NCBI GenBank assembly: GCA_951406725.2
Contig: OX597837.1
Span: 25,854,001-25,918,000 of the forward strand
Source: Octopus vulgaris
Lineage: Eukaryota
Direction of reading: 5' to 3'
Length of the DNA: 64,000 nt
A model generated the notes under the pieces. It was not told the origin of the DNA and did not search any database. It saw only the letters and a program-made list of their open reading frames with translations. A program made the position numbers and the translations under genes. Below, piece by piece: positions 23,301-37,764 of the stretch; within the stretch, counting starts at the first letter, position 1, and each line of letters opens with the position of its first letter.

Positions 23301-26300
23301 AGATCTATCTCCCTTATAGAAATTGGCTGCCGATTCTTCGCGGGGTTTTTCTTTTTCTCTTCCCTTCTCTCCCCCTCTTGTTACATTGTCGTCTGTCTGG
23401 ACTCCTCTCTTCCTACCACCCGCCATGGCTATTGCATACTTAAACTAGTAAACTGCCTCATTCTTGATTCCGAATTCCTTTTGCCAAGTCTGTCCGTAAA
23501 CGAAGTGATCTCAAGATAAGAAATCTTTGAACTTTAATTCATCCGTATCTCTATTTATTATTATTATTTATTAATTATTATTATTCTGATCCCCCTAGTC
23601 GCCACTCTGTTTACTATTTCAGCCTCGCCTCGCCTCGCCTCGTCTCGTTTTGCATATTCTGTATAATTCACTAGTTATCATTATTGATATTTTTTAAGAT
23701 CTATCTCCCTTATAGAAATTGGCTGCCGATTCTTCGCGGGGTTTTTCTTTTTCTCTTCCCTTCTCTCCCCCTCTTGTTACATTGTCGTCTGTCTGGACTC
23801 CTCTCTTCCTACCACCCGCCATGGCTATTGCATACTTAAACTAGTAAACTGCCTCATTCTTGATTCCGAATTCCTTTTGCCAAGTCTGTCCGTAAACGAA
23901 GTGATCTCAAGATAAGAAATCTTTGAACTTTAATTCATCCGTATCTCTATTTATTATTATTATTTATTAATTATTATTATTCTGATCCCCCTAGTCGCCA
24001 CTCTGTTTACTATTTCAGCCTCGCCTCGCCTCGCCTCGTCTCGTTTTGCATATTCTGTATAATTCACTAGTTATCATTATTGATATTTTTTAAGATCTAT
24101 CTCCCTTATAGAAATTGGCTGCCGATTCTTCGCGGGGTTTTTCTTTTTCTCTTCCCTTCTCTCCCCCTCTTGTTACATTGTCGTCTGTCTGGACTCCTCT
24201 CTTCCTACCACCCGCCATGGCTATTGCATACTTAAACTAGTAAACTGCCTCATTCTTGATTCCGAATTCCTTTTGCCAAGTCTGTCCGTAAACGAAGTGA
24301 TCTCAAGATAAGAAATCTTTGAACTTTAATTCATCCGTATCTCTATTTATTATTATTATTTATTAATTATTATTATTCTGATCCCCCTAGTCGCCACTCT
24401 GTTTACTATTTCAGCCTCGCCTCGCCTCGCCTCGTCTCGTTTTGCATATTCTGTATAATTCACTAGTTATCATTATTGATATTTTTTAAGATCTATCTCC
24501 CTTATAGAAATTGGCTGCCGATTCTTCGCGGGGTTTTTCTTTTTCTCTTCCCTTCTCTCCCCCTCTTGTTACATTGTCGTCTGTCTGGACTCCTCTCTTC
24601 CTACCACCCGCCATGGCTATTGCATACTTAAACTAGTAAACTGCCTCATTCTTGATTCCGAATTCCTTTTGCCAAGTCTGTCCGTAAACGAAGTGATCTC
24701 AAGATAAGAAATCTTTGAACTTTAATTCATCCGTATCTCTATTTATTATTATTATTTATTAATTATTATTATTCTGATCCCCCTAGTCGCCACTCTGTTT
24801 ACTATTTCAGCCTCGCCTCGCCTCGCCTCGTCTCGTTTTGCATATTCTGTATAATTCACTAGTTATCATTATTGATATTTTTTAAGATCTATCTCCCTTA
24901 TAGAAATTGGCTGCCGATTCTTCGCGGGGTTTTTCTTTTTCTCTTCCCTTCTCTCCCCCTCTTGTTACATTGTCGTCTGTCTGGACTCCTCTCTTCCTAC
25001 CACCCGCCATGGCTATTGCATACTTAAACTAGTAAACTGCCTCATTCTTGATTCCGAATTCCTTTTGCCAAGTCTGTCCGTAAACGAAGTGATCTCAAGA
25101 TAAGAAATCTTTGAACTTTAATTCATCCGTATCTCTATTTATTATTATTATTTATTAATTATTATTATTCTGATCCCCCTAGTCGCCACTCTGTTTACTA
25201 TTTCAGTCCTCGCCTCGCCTCGCCTCGTTTTGCATATTCTGTATAATTCACTAGTTATCATTATTGATATTTTTTAAGATCTATCTCCCTTATAGAAATT
25301 GGCTGCCGATTCTTCGCGGGGTTTTTCTTTTTCTCTTCCCTTCTCTCCCCCTCTTGTTACATTGTCGTCTGTCTGGACTCCTCTCTTCCTACCACCCGCC
25401 ATGGCTATTGCATACTTAAACTAGTAAACTGCCTCATTCTTGATTCCGAATTCCTTTTGCCAAGTCTGTCCGTAAACGAAGTGATCTCAAGATAAGAAAT
25501 CTTTGAACTTTAATTCATCCGTATCTCTATTTATTATTATTATTTATTAATTATTATTATTCTGATCCCCCTAGTCGCCACTCTGTTTACTATTTCAGCC
25601 TCGCCTCGCCTCGCCTCGTTTTGCATATTCTGTATAATTCACTAGTTATCATTATTGATATTTTTAAGATCTATCTCCCTTATAGAAATTGGCTGCCGAT
25701 TCTTCGCGGGGTTTTTCTTTTTCTCTTCCCTTCTCTCCCCCTCTTGTTACATTGTCGTCTGTCTGGACTCCTCTCTTCCTACCACCCGCCATGGCTATTG
25801 CATACTTAAACTAGTAAACTGCCTCATTCTTGATTCCGAATTCCTTTTGCCAAGTCTGTCCGTAAACGAAGTGATCTCAAGATAAGAAATCTTTGAACTT
25901 TAATTCATCCGTATCTCTATTTATTATTATTATTTATTAATTATTATTATTCTGATCCCCCTAGTCGCCACTCTGTTTACTATTTCAGCCTCGCTCGCCT
26001 CGCCTCGCCTCGTTTTGCATATTCTGTATAATTCACTAGTTATCATTATTGATATTTTTTAAGATCTATCTCCCTTATAGAAATTGGCTGCCGATTCTTC
26101 GCGGGGTTTTTCTTTTTCTCTTCCCTTCTCTCCCCCTCTTGTTACATTGTCGTCTGTCTGGACTCCTCTCTTCCTACCACCCGCCATGGCTATTGCATAC
26201 TTAAACTAGTAAACTGCCTCATTCTTGATTCCGAATTCCTTTTGCCAAGTCTGTCCGTAAACGAAGTGATCTCAAGATAAGAAATCTTTGAACTTTAATT

Positions 26301-29300
26301 CATCCGTATCTCTATTTATTATTATTATTTATTAATTATTATTATTCTGATCCCCCTAGTCGCCACTCTGTTTACTATTTCAGCTCAGCCTCGCCTCGTT
26401 TTGCATATTCTGTATAATTCACTAGTTATCATTATTGATATTTTTTAAGATCTATCTCCCTTATAGAAATTGGCTGCCGATTCTTCGCGGGGTTTTTCTT
26501 TTTCTCTTCCCTTCTCTCCCCCTCTTGTTACATTGTCGTCTGTCTGGACTCCTCTCTTCCTACCACCCGCCATGGCTATTGCATACTTAAACTAGTAAAC
26601 TGCCTCATTCTTGATTCCGAATTCCTTTTGCCAAGTCTGTCCGTAAACGAAGTGATCTCAAGATAAGAAATCTTTGAACTTTAATTCATCCGTATCTCTA
26701 TTTATTATTATTATTTATTAATTATTATTATTCTGATCCCCCTAGTCGCCACTCTGTTTACTATTTCAGCCTCGCCTCGCCTCGCTCGTTTTGCATATTC
26801 TGTATAATTCACTAGTTATCATTATTGATATTTTTTAAGATCTATCTCCCTTATAGAAATTGGCTGCCGATTCTTCGCGGGGTTTTTCTTTTCTCTTCCC
26901 TTCTCTCCCCCTCTTGTTACATTGTCGTCTGTCTGGACTCCTCTCTTCCTACCACCCGCCATGGCTATTGCATACTTAAACTAGTAAACTGCCTCATTCT
27001 TGATTCCGAATTCCTTTTGCCAAGTCTGTCCGTAAACGAAGTGATCTCAAGATAAGAAATCTTTGAACTTTAATTCATCCGTATCTCTATTTATTATTAT
27101 TATTTATTAATTATTATTATTCTGATCCCCCTAGTCGCCACTCTGTTTACTATTTCAGCCTCGCCTCGCCTCGCCTCGTTTTGCATATTCTGTATAATTC
27201 ACTAGTTATCATTATTGATATTTTTTAAGATCTATCTCCCTTATAGAAATTGGCTGCCGATTCTTCGCGGGGTTTTTCTTTTTCTCTTCCCTTCTCTCCC
27301 CCTCTTGTTACATTGTCGTCTGTCTGGACTCCTCTCTTCCTACCACCCGCCATGGCTATTGCATACTTAAACTAGTAAACTGCCTCATTCTTGATTCCGA
27401 ATTCCTTTTGCCAAGTCTGTCCGTAAACGAAGTGATCTCAAGATAAGAAATCTTTGAACTTTAATTCATCCGTATCTCTATTTATTATTATTATTTATTA
27501 ATTATTATTATTCTGATCCCCCTAGTCGCCACTCTGTTTACTATTTCAGCCTCGCCTCGCCTCGCTCGTTTTGCATATTCTGTATAATTCACTAGTTATC
27601 ATTATTGATATTTTTAAGATCTATCTCCCTTATAGAAATTGGCTGCCGATTCTTCGCGGGGTTTTTCTTTTTCTCTTCCCTTCTCTCCCCCTCTTGTTAC
27701 ATTGTCGTCTGTCTGGACTCCTCTCTTCCTACCACCCGCCATGGCTATTGCATACTTAAACTAGTAAACTGCCTCATTCTTGATTCCGAATTCCTTTTGC
27801 CAAGTCTGTCCGTAAACGAAGTGATCTCAAGATAAGAAATCTTTGAACTTTAATTCATCCGTATCTCTATTTATTATTATTATTTATTAATTATTATTAT
27901 TCTGATCCCCCTAGTCGCCACTCTGTTTACTATTTCAGCCTCGCCTCGCCTCGCCTCGTTTTGCATATTCTGTATAATTCACTAGTTATCATTATTGATA
28001 TTTTTTAAGATCTATCTCCCTTATAGAAATTGGCTGCCGATTCTTCGCGGGGTTTTTCTTTTTCTCTTCCCTTCTCTCCCCCTCTTGTTACATTGTCGTC
28101 TGTCTGGACTCCTCTCTTCCTACCACCCGCCATGGCTATTGCATACTTAAACTAGTAAACTGCCTCATTCTTGATTCCGAATTCCTTTTGCCAAGTCTGT
28201 CCGTAAACGAAGTGATCTCAAGATAAGAAATCTTTGAACTTTAATTCATCCGTATCTCTATTTATTATTATTATTTATTAATTATTATTATTCTGATCCC
28301 CCTAGTCGCCACTCTGTTTACTATTTCAGCCTCGCCTCGCCTCGTCTCGTTTTGCATATTCTGTATAATTCACTAGTTATCATTATTGATATTTTTTAAG
28401 ATCTATCTCCCTTATAGAAATTGGCTGCCGATTCTTCGCGGGGTTTTTCTTTTTCTCTTCCCTTCTCTCCCCCTCTTGTTACATTGTCGTCTGTCTGGAC
28501 TCCTCTCTTCCTACCACCCGCCATGGCTATTGCATACTTAAACTAGTAAACTGCCTCATTCTTGATTCCGAATTCCTTTTGCCAAGTCTGTCCGTAAACG
28601 AAGTGATCTCAAGATAAGAAATCTTTGAACTTTAATTCATCCGTATCTCTATTTATTATTATTATTTATTAATTATTATTATTCTGATCCCCCTAGTCGC
28701 CACTCTGTTTACTATTTCAGCCTCGCCTCGCCTCGCCTCGTTTTGCATATTCTGTATAATTCACTAGTTATCATTATTGATATTTTTTAAGATCTATCTC
28801 CCTTATAGAAATTGGCTGCCGATTCTTCGCGGGGTTTTTCTTTTTCTCTTCCCTTCTCTCCCCCTCTTGTTACATTGTCGTCTGTCTGGACTCCTCTCTT
28901 CCTACCACCCGCCATGGCTATTGCATACTTAAACTAGTAAACTGCCTCATTCTTGATTCCGAATTCCTTTTGCCAAGTCTGTCCGTAAACGAAGTGATCT
29001 CAAGATAAGAAATCTTTGAACTTTAATTCATCCGTATCTCTATTTATTATTATTATTTATTAATTATTATTATTCTGATCCCCCTAGTCGCCACTCTGTT
29101 TACTATTTCAGCCTCGCCTCGCCTCGCTCGTTTTGCATATTCTGTATAATTCACTAGTTATCATTATTGATATTTTTTAAGATCTATCTCCCTTATAGAA
29201 ATTGGCTGCCGATTCTTCGCGGGGTTTTTCTTTTTCTCTTCCCTTCTCTCCCCCTCTTGTTACATTGTCGTCTGTCTGGACTCCTCTCTTCCTACCACCC

Positions 29301-32300
29301 GCCATGGCTATTGCATACTTAAACTAGTAAACTGCCTCATTCTTGATTCCGAATTCCTTTTGCCAAGTCTGTCCGTAAACGAAGTGATCTCAAGATAAGA
29401 AATCTTTGAACTTTAATTCATCCGTATCTCTATTTATTATTATTATTTATTAATTATTATTATTCTGATCCCCCTAGTCGCCACTCTGTTTACTATTTCA
29501 GCCTCGCCTCGCCTCGCCTCGTTTTGCATATTCTGTATAATTCACTAGTTATCATTATTGATATTTTTTAAGATCTATCTCCCTTATAGAAATTGGCTGC
29601 CGATTCTTCGCGGGGTTTTTCTTTTTCTCTTCCCTTCTCTCCCCCTCTTGTTACATTGTCGTCTGTCTGGACTCCTCTCTTCCTACCACCCGCCATGGCT
29701 ATTGCATACTTAAACTAGTAAACTGCCTCATTCTTGATTCCGAATTCCTTTTGCCAAGTCTGTCCGTAAACGAAGTGATCTCAAGATAAGAAATCTTTGA
29801 ACTTTAATTCATCCGTATCTCTATTTATTATTATTATTTATTAATTATTATTATTCTGATCCCCCTAGTCGCCACTCTGTTTACTATTTCAGCCTCGCCT
29901 CGCCTCGCCTCGTTTTGCATATTCTGTATAATTCACTAGTTATCATTATTGATATTTTTTAAGATCTATCTCCCTTATAGAAATTGGCTGCCGATTCTTC
30001 GCGGGGTTTTTCTTTTTCTCTTCCCTTCTCTCCCCCTCTTGTTACATTGTCGTCTGTCTGGACTCCTCTCTTCCTACCACCCGCCATGGCTATTGCATAC
30101 TTAAACTAGTAAACTGCCTCATTCTTGATTCCGAATTCCTTTTGCCAAGTCTGTCCGTAAACGAAGTGATCTCAAGATAAGAAATCTTTGAACTTTAATT
30201 CATCCGTATCTCTATTTATTATTATTATTTATTAATTATTATTATTCTGATCCCCCTAGTCGCCACTCTGTTTACTATTTCAGCCTCGCCTCGCCTCGCC
30301 TCGTTTTGCATATTCTGTATAATTCACTAGTTATCATTATTGATATTTTTTAAGATCTATCTCCCTTATAGAAATTGGCTGCCGATTCTTCGCGGGGTTT
30401 TTCTTTTTCTCTTCCCTTCTCTCCCCCTCTTGTTACATTGTCGTCTGTCTGGACTCCTCTCTTCCTACCACCCGCCATGGCTATTGCATACTTAAACTAG
30501 TAAACTGCCTCATTCTTGATTCCGAATTCCTTTTGCCAAGTCTGTCCGTAAACGAAGTGATCTCAAGATAAGAAATCTTTGAACTTTAATTCATCCGTAT
30601 CTCTATTTATTATTATTATTTATTAATTATTATTATTCTGATCCCCCTAGTCGCCACTCTGTTTACTATTTCAGCCTCGCCTCGCCTCGCCTCGTTTTGC
30701 ATATTCTGTATAATTCACTAGTTATCATTATTGATATTTTTTAAGATCTATCTCCCTTATAGAAATTGGCTGCCGATTCTTCGCGGGGTTTTTCTTTTTC
30801 TCTTCCCTTCTCTCCCCCTCTTGTTACATTGTCGTCTGTCTGGACTCCTCTCTTCCTACCACCCGCCATGGCTATTGCATACTTAAACTAGTAAACTGCC
30901 TCATTCTTGATTCCGAATTCCTTTTGCCAAGTCTGTCCGTAAACGAAGTGATCTCAAGATAAGAAATCTTTGAACTTTAATTCATCCGTATCTCTATTTA
31001 TTATTATTATTTATTAATTATTATTATTCTGATCCCCCTAGTCGCCACTCTGTTTACTATTTCAGCCTCGCCTCGCCTCGCCTCGTTTTGCATATTCTGT
31101 ATAATTCACTAGTTATCATTATTGATATTTTTTAAGATCTATCTCCCTTATAGAAATTGGCTGCCGATTCTTCGCGGGGTTTTTCTTTTTCTCTTCCCTT
31201 CTCTCCCCCTCTTGTTACATTGTCGTCTGTCTGGACTCCTCTCTTCCTACCACCCGCCATGGCTATTGCATACTTAAACTAGTAAACTGCCTCATTCTTG
31301 ATTCCGAATTCCTTTTGCCAAGTCTGTCCGTAAACGAAGTGATCTCAAGATAAGAAATCTTTGAACTTTAATTCATCCGTATCTCTATTTATTATTATTA
31401 TTTATTAATTATTATTATTCTGATCCCCCTAGTCGCCACTCTGTTTACTATTTCAGCCTCGCCTCGCCTCGCCTCGTTTTGCATATTCTGTATAATTCAC
31501 TAGTTATCATTATTGATATTTTTTAAGATCTATCTCCCTTATAGAAATTGGCTGCCGATTCTTCGCGGGGTTTTTCTTTTCTCTTCCCTTCTCTCCCCCT
31601 CTTGTTACATTGTCGTCTGTCTGGACTCCTCTCTTCCTACCACCCGCCATGGCTATTGCATACTTAAACTAGTAAACTGCCTCATTCTTGATTCCGAATT
31701 CCTTTTGCCAAGTCTGTCCGTAAACGAAGTGATCTCAAGATAAGAAATCTTTGAACTTTAATTCATCCGTATCTCTATTTATTATTATTATTTATTAATT
31801 ATTATTATTCTGATCCCCCTAGTCGCCACTCTGTTTACTATTTCAGCCTCGCCTCGCCTCGCCTCGTTTTGCATATTCTGTATAATTCACTAGTTATCAT
31901 TATTGATATTTTTTAAGATCTATCTCCCTTATAGAAATTGGCTGCCGATTCTTCGCGGGGTTTTTCTTTTTCTCTTCCCTTCTCTCCCCCTCTTGTTACA
32001 TTGTCGTCTGTCTGGACTCCTCTCTTCCTACCACCCGCCATGGCTATTGCATACTTAAACTAGTAAACTGCCTCATTCTTGATTCCGAATTCCTTTTGCC
32101 AAGTCTGTCCGTAAACGAAGTGATCTCAAGATAAGAAATCTTTGAACTTTAATTCATCCGTATCTCTATTTATTATTATTATTTATTAATTATTATTATT
32201 CTGATCCCCCTAGTCGCCACTCTGTTTACTATTTCAGCCTCGCCTCGCCTCGCCTCGTTTTGCATATTCTGTATAATTCACTAGTTATCATTATTGATAT

Positions 32301-35300
32301 TTTTTAAGATCTATCTCCCTTATAGAAATTGGCTGCCGATTCTTCGCGGGGTTTTTCTTTTTCTTTCCCTTCTCTCCCCCTCTTGTTACATTGTCGTCTG
32401 TCTGGACTCCTCTCTTCCTACCACCCGCCATGGCTATTGCATACTTAAACTAGTAAACTGCCTCATTCTTGATTCCGAATTCCTTTTGCCAAGTCTGTCC
32501 GTAAACGAAGTGATCTCAAGATAAGAAATCTTTGAACTTTAATTCATCCGTATCTCTATTTATTATTATTATTTATTAATTATTATTATTCTGATCCCCC
32601 TAGTCGCCACTCTGTTTACTATTTCAGCCTCGCCTCGCCTCGCCTCGTTTTGCATATTCTGTATAATTCACTAGTTATCATTATTGATATTTTTTAAGAT
32701 CTATCTCCCTTATAGAAATTGGCTGCCGATTCTTCGCGGGGTTTTTCTTTTTCTCTTCCCTTCTCTCCCCCTCTTGTTACATTGTCGTCTGTCTGGACTC
32801 CTCTCTTCCTACCACCCGCCATGGCTATTGCATACTTAAACTAGTAAACTGCCTCATTCTTGATTCCGAATTCCTTTTGCCAAGTCTGTCCGTAAACGAA
32901 GTGATCTCAAGATAAGAAATCTTTGAACTTTAATTCATCCGTATCTCTATTTATTATTATTATTTATTAATTATTATTATTCTGATCCCCCTAGTCGCCA
33001 CTCTGTTTACTATTTCAGCCTCGCCTCGCCTCGCCTCGTTTTGCATATTCTGTATAATTCACTAGTTATCATTATTGATATTTTTTAAGATCTATCTCCC
33101 TTATAGAAATTGGCTGCCGATTCTTCGCGGGGTTTTTCTTTTTCTCTTCCCTTCTCTCCCCCTCTTGTTACATTGTCGTCTGTCTGGACTCCTCTCTTCC
33201 TACCACCCGCCATGGCTATTGCATACTTAAACTAGTAAACTGCCTCATTCTTGATTCCGAATTCCTTTTGCCAAGTCTGTCCGTAAACGAAGTGATCTCA
33301 AGATAAGAAATCTTTGAACTTTAATTCATCCGTATCTCTATTTATTATTATTATTTATTAATTATTATTATTCTGATCCCCCTAGTCGCCACTCTGTTTA
33401 CTATTTCAGCCTCGCCTCGCCTCGCCTCGTTTTGCATATTCTGTATAATTCACTAGTTATCATTATTGATATTTTTTAAGATCTATCTCCCTTATAGAAA
33501 TTGGCTGCCGATTCTTCGCGGGGTTTTTCTTTTTCTCTTCCCTTCTCTCCCCCTCTTGTTACATTGTCGTCTGTCTGGACTCCTCTCTTCCTACCACCCG
33601 CCATGGCTATTGCATACTTAAACTAGTAAACTGCCTCATTCTTGATTCCGAATTCCTTTTGCCAAGTCTGTCCGTAAACGAAGTGATCTCAAGATAAGAA
33701 ATCTTTGAACTTTAATTCATCCGTATCTCTATTTATTATTATTATTTATTAATTATTATTATTCTGATCCCCCTAGTCGCCACTCTGTTTACTATTTCAG
33801 CCTCGCCTCGCCTCGCCTCGTTTTGCATATTCTGTATAATTCACTAGTTATCATTATTGATATTTTTTAAGATCTATCTCCCTTATAGAAATTGGCTGCC
33901 GATTCTTCGCGGGGTTTTTCTTTTTCTCTTCCCTTCTCTCCCCCTCTTGTTACATTGTCGTCTGTCTGGACTCCTCTCTTCCTACCACCCGCCATGGCTA
34001 TTGCATACTTAAACTAGTAAACTGCCTCATTCTTGATTCCGAATTCCTTTTGCCAAGTCTGTCCGTAAACGAAGTGATCTCAAGATAAGAAATCTTTGAA
34101 CTTTAATTCATCCGTATCTCTATTTATTATTATTATTTATTAATTATTATTATTCTGATCCCCCTAGTCGCCACTCTGTTTACTATTTCAGCCTCGCCTC
34201 GCCTCGCCTCGTTTTGCATATTCTGTATAATTCACTAGTTATCATTATTGATATTTTTTAAGATCTATCTCCCTTATAGAAATTGGCTGCCGATTCTTCG
34301 CGGGGTTTTTCTTTTTCTCTTCCCTTCTCTCCCCCTCTTGTTACATTGTCGTCTGTCTGGACTCCTCTCTTCCTACCACCCGCCATGGCTATTGCATACT
34401 TAAACTAGTAAACTGCCTCATTCTTGATTCCGAATTCCTTTTGCCAAGTCTGTCCGTAAACGAAGTGATCTCAAGATAAGAAATCTTTGAACTTTAATTC
34501 ATCCGTATCTCTATTTATTATTATTATTTATTAATTATTATTATTCTGATCCCCCTAGTCGCCACTCTGTTTACTATTTCAGCCTCGCCTCGCCTCGCCT
34601 CGTTTTGCATATTCTGTATAATTCACTAGTTATCATTATTGATATTTTTTAAGATCTATCTCCCTTATAGAAATTGGCTGCCGATTCTTCGCGGGGTTTT
34701 TCTTTTTCTCTTCCCTTCTCTCCCCCTCTTGTTACATTGTCGTCTGTCTGGACTCCTCTCTTCCTACCACCCGCCATGGCTATTGCATACTTAAACTAGT
34801 AAACTGCCTCATTCTTGATTCCGAATTCCTTTTGCCAAGTCTGTCCGTAAACGAAGTGATCTCAAGATAAGAAATCTTTGAACTTTAATTCATCCGTATC
34901 TCTATTTATTATTATTATTTATTAATTATTATTATTCTGATCCCCCTAGTCGCCACTCTGTTTACTATTTCAGCCTCGCCTCGCCTCGCCTCGTTTTGCA
35001 TATTCTGTATAATTCACTAGTTATCATTATTGATATTTTTTAAGATCTATCTCCCTTATAGAAATTGGCTGCCGATTCTTCGCGGGGTTTTTCTTTTTCT
35101 CTTCCCTTCTCTCCCCCTCTTGTTACATTGTCGTCTGTCTGGACTCCTCTCTTCCTACCACCCGCCATGGCTATTGCATACTTAAACTAGTAAACTGCCT
35201 CATTCTTGATTCCGAATTCCTTTTGCCAAGTCTGTCCGTAAACGAAGTGATCTCAAGATAAGAAATCTTTGAACTTTAATTCATCCGTATCTCTATTTAT

Positions 35301-35476
35301 TATTATTATTTATTAATTATTATTATTCTGATCCCCCTAGTCGCCACTCTGTTTACTATTTCAGCCTCGCCTCGCCTCGCCTCGTTTTGCATATTCTGTA
35401 TAATTCACTAGTTATCATTATTGATATTTTTTAAGATCTATCTCCCTTATAGAAATTGGCTGCCGATTCTTCGCGG
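20315..35476. repeat. Satellite array, 391/396-bp unit, 38 full copies plus a partial
   Basis: Unit start ttttgccaagtctgtccg at 20315, 20710, 21106 ... 34830, 35221; differences are almost all homopolymer or (gcctc)n length. Confidence 0.98.
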
Positions 35477-35552
35477 CGCGCCCGCCCTACCCACCCCCAC
35501 CACCAATACCGGATATCTCTATTTTGCTCCAACTATACCGGATGTCGTTTTT

Positions 35553-36516
35553 CTCCCACCACCATTATAGGTGTCTACTCTTTGAACCCCCTCTTCAATA
35601 CGCTATTTCACCATGCATTACCCCTCTCTCGATATCCTACGTTCTACTTGCCTAGAACCTGTCCTCTGGACCACCCCTCCCACTGGTGCTCACCCCTCCC
35701 ACTGGTGCTCACCCACTGGTGCTCCCCTATATTTCTGCATCCCCCCACCACCATTATAGGTGTCTACTCTTTGAACCCCCTCTTCAATACGCTATTTCAC
35801 CATGCATTACCCCTCTCTCGATATCCTACGTTCTACTTGCCTAGAACCTGTCCTCTGAACCACCCCTCCCACTGGTGCTCCCCTATATTTCTGCACCCCC
35901 CACCACCATTATAGGTGTCTACTCTTTGAACCCCCTCTTCAATACGCTATTCACCATGCATTACCCCTCTCTCGATATCCTACATTCTACTTGCCTAGAA
36001 CCTGTCCTCTGAACCACCCCTCCCACTGGTGCTCCCCTATATTTCTGCATCCCCCCCCACCACCATAATAGGTGTCTACTCTTTGAACCCCCTCTTCAAT
36101 ACGCTATTTCACCATGCATTACCCCTCTCTCGATATCCTACGTTCTACTTGCCTAGAACCTGTCCCCTGAACCACCCCTCCCACTGGTGCTCTCCTATAT
36201 TTCTGCACCCCCCACCACCATTATAGGTGTCTACTCTTTGAACCCCCTCTTCAATACGCTGCTCCCCTATATTTCTGCACCCCCCACCACCATTATAGGT
36301 GTCTACTCTTTGAACCCCCCTCTTCAATACGCTGCTCCCCTATATTTCTGCACCCCCCACCACCATTATAGGTGTCTACTCTTTGAACCCCCTCTTCAAT
36401 ACGCTATTTCACCATGCATTACCCCTCTCTCGATATCCTACGTTCTACTTGACTAGTACCTGTCCTCTGAACCACCCCTCCCACTGGTGCTCCCCTATAT
36501 TTCTGCACCCCCCCCA
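35553..36516. repeat. ~154-bp C-rich tandem repeat including two ~73-bp deletion units
   Basis: cccaccaccattataggtgtctactctttgaacc recurs at ~35555, 35743, 35898, 36057, 36210, 36283, 36356. Confidence 0.93.
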
Positions 36517-36760
36517 TAAAAAGCACCATCCGAACGTGGCCGATGCCAGACCCCTCTGGCACCTGTGCAGGTGGCACGTAAAAAACACCCACTACACTCG
36601 CGGAGTGGTTGGCGTTAGGAAGGGCATCCAGCTGTAGAAACACTGCCAGACTAGACTGGAGCCTGGGGCAGTCCCGAGCTCCCCAGACCCCGGTCGAAAC
36701 CGTCCAACCCGTGCTAGCGCGGAAAACGGACGTTAAACGATGATGATGATGATGATGATG
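36515..36760 (+). mobile_element. RTE 3'UTR fused to the 154-bp array
   Basis: cataaaaagcaccatccgaacg...ggacgttaaacgatgatgatg. Confidence 0.88.
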
Positions 36761-36879
36761 AAAGGAGTTGATGCAATGAATTGGAATTTTACTGCATAGG
36801 CGTAGGAGTGACTGTGTGGTAAGTAGTTTGATTACGAATCACATGGTTCCGGGTTCAGTCCCACTACATGGCATGATTA

Positions 36880-37432
36880 GCTGAACCCAAATGCTCTCAA
36901 AAATTTAAGTAAGAAAACAGGAAAAATAATCCAGAATCCTTGTCTGGAAGGGGATCGATCCCAGAATCTAATCAGTTTGTGCCAGTCACGAGGTTAAACA
37001 TCTCTGAAAGTTTCATCCGAATCCATCCAACGGTTCTTGAGATATCTTGTCCATGGACAAACAAACACAACTGAAAACAATACCTCTGCCTTCGTTAAAG
37101 TGGAGGTAATAATAATGACAAGAGCACTCAGAGAGTGCAAACCTTCACCAAAGCAACACCAAAGTCCTCTCTACGATTATCTGGAGGGGAATTTTAAAAT
37201 GAGAATATCTGAAATAAACTTGACTGATCTCACAAACGAGAATACTAAAAATGAACCCAACCACTCTCAAAAATTAAGTAAAAAAACAAGAAAAATAAAC
37301 CAGAATCCTTGTCTGGAATGGGATTGATCCCAAAATCTGAATCCATCCAGCAGTTCTTGAGATATCTTGTCCACAAACAAATAACCGTGACTGGAAACAA
37401 CACCTCCGCCTTTGTTAAGGTGGAGGTAATAA
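36880..37432 (+). mobile_element. Two head-to-tail Helentron/DINE-like non-autonomous elements
   Basis: Both units end acaaaca...aaaacaa-tacctc(c/t)gcc-ttcgttaa-(g/a)gtggaggta-ataat (3' stem-loop); the second unit starts acaagagcactcagagag. Confidence 0.6.
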
Positions 37433-37764
37433 TTTAAGAGTTGTTTTTAATTTTGACACAAGGCCAGCAATTGTATTAGGGGAAGTGGTTAGTTGATTAA
37501 CTCAACTCCCAGTACTTAACTATTGCTTTATTTTATTGACCCACAAGGGATAAAAGGTGAAGTGAACTTTGATGGGATTTTCTTCTTTAGCCTTCATTCC
37601 TCTTGAGGTGATAAAAAATAAACCGGTACTTATTTTATTGATCCTGAGAGTATGAAAGGCAAAGACAACCTTGGTGGAATTTGAACTCTGAATGTAAAGA
37701 TGGACAAAATACCATTAAAAATTTTGCCCACTGTGCTAAAGATTCTGCCAGCTTGCTGCCTTAA

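Noticed and set aside
20486-32524. Repeated 62/76-aa + strand ORFs and an APE-like MAIAYLN/VNCL motif in the satellite
   Set aside because: The ORFs appear only in units with a 1-bp indel and use TTG starts; the APE resemblance needs a frameshift and lacks downstream motifs.
20315-35476. Retrozyme (hammerhead-containing tandem repeat)
   Set aside because: Unit size fits, but I found no CUGANGA...GAAA core on either strand; other ribozyme classes cannot be excluded by eye.
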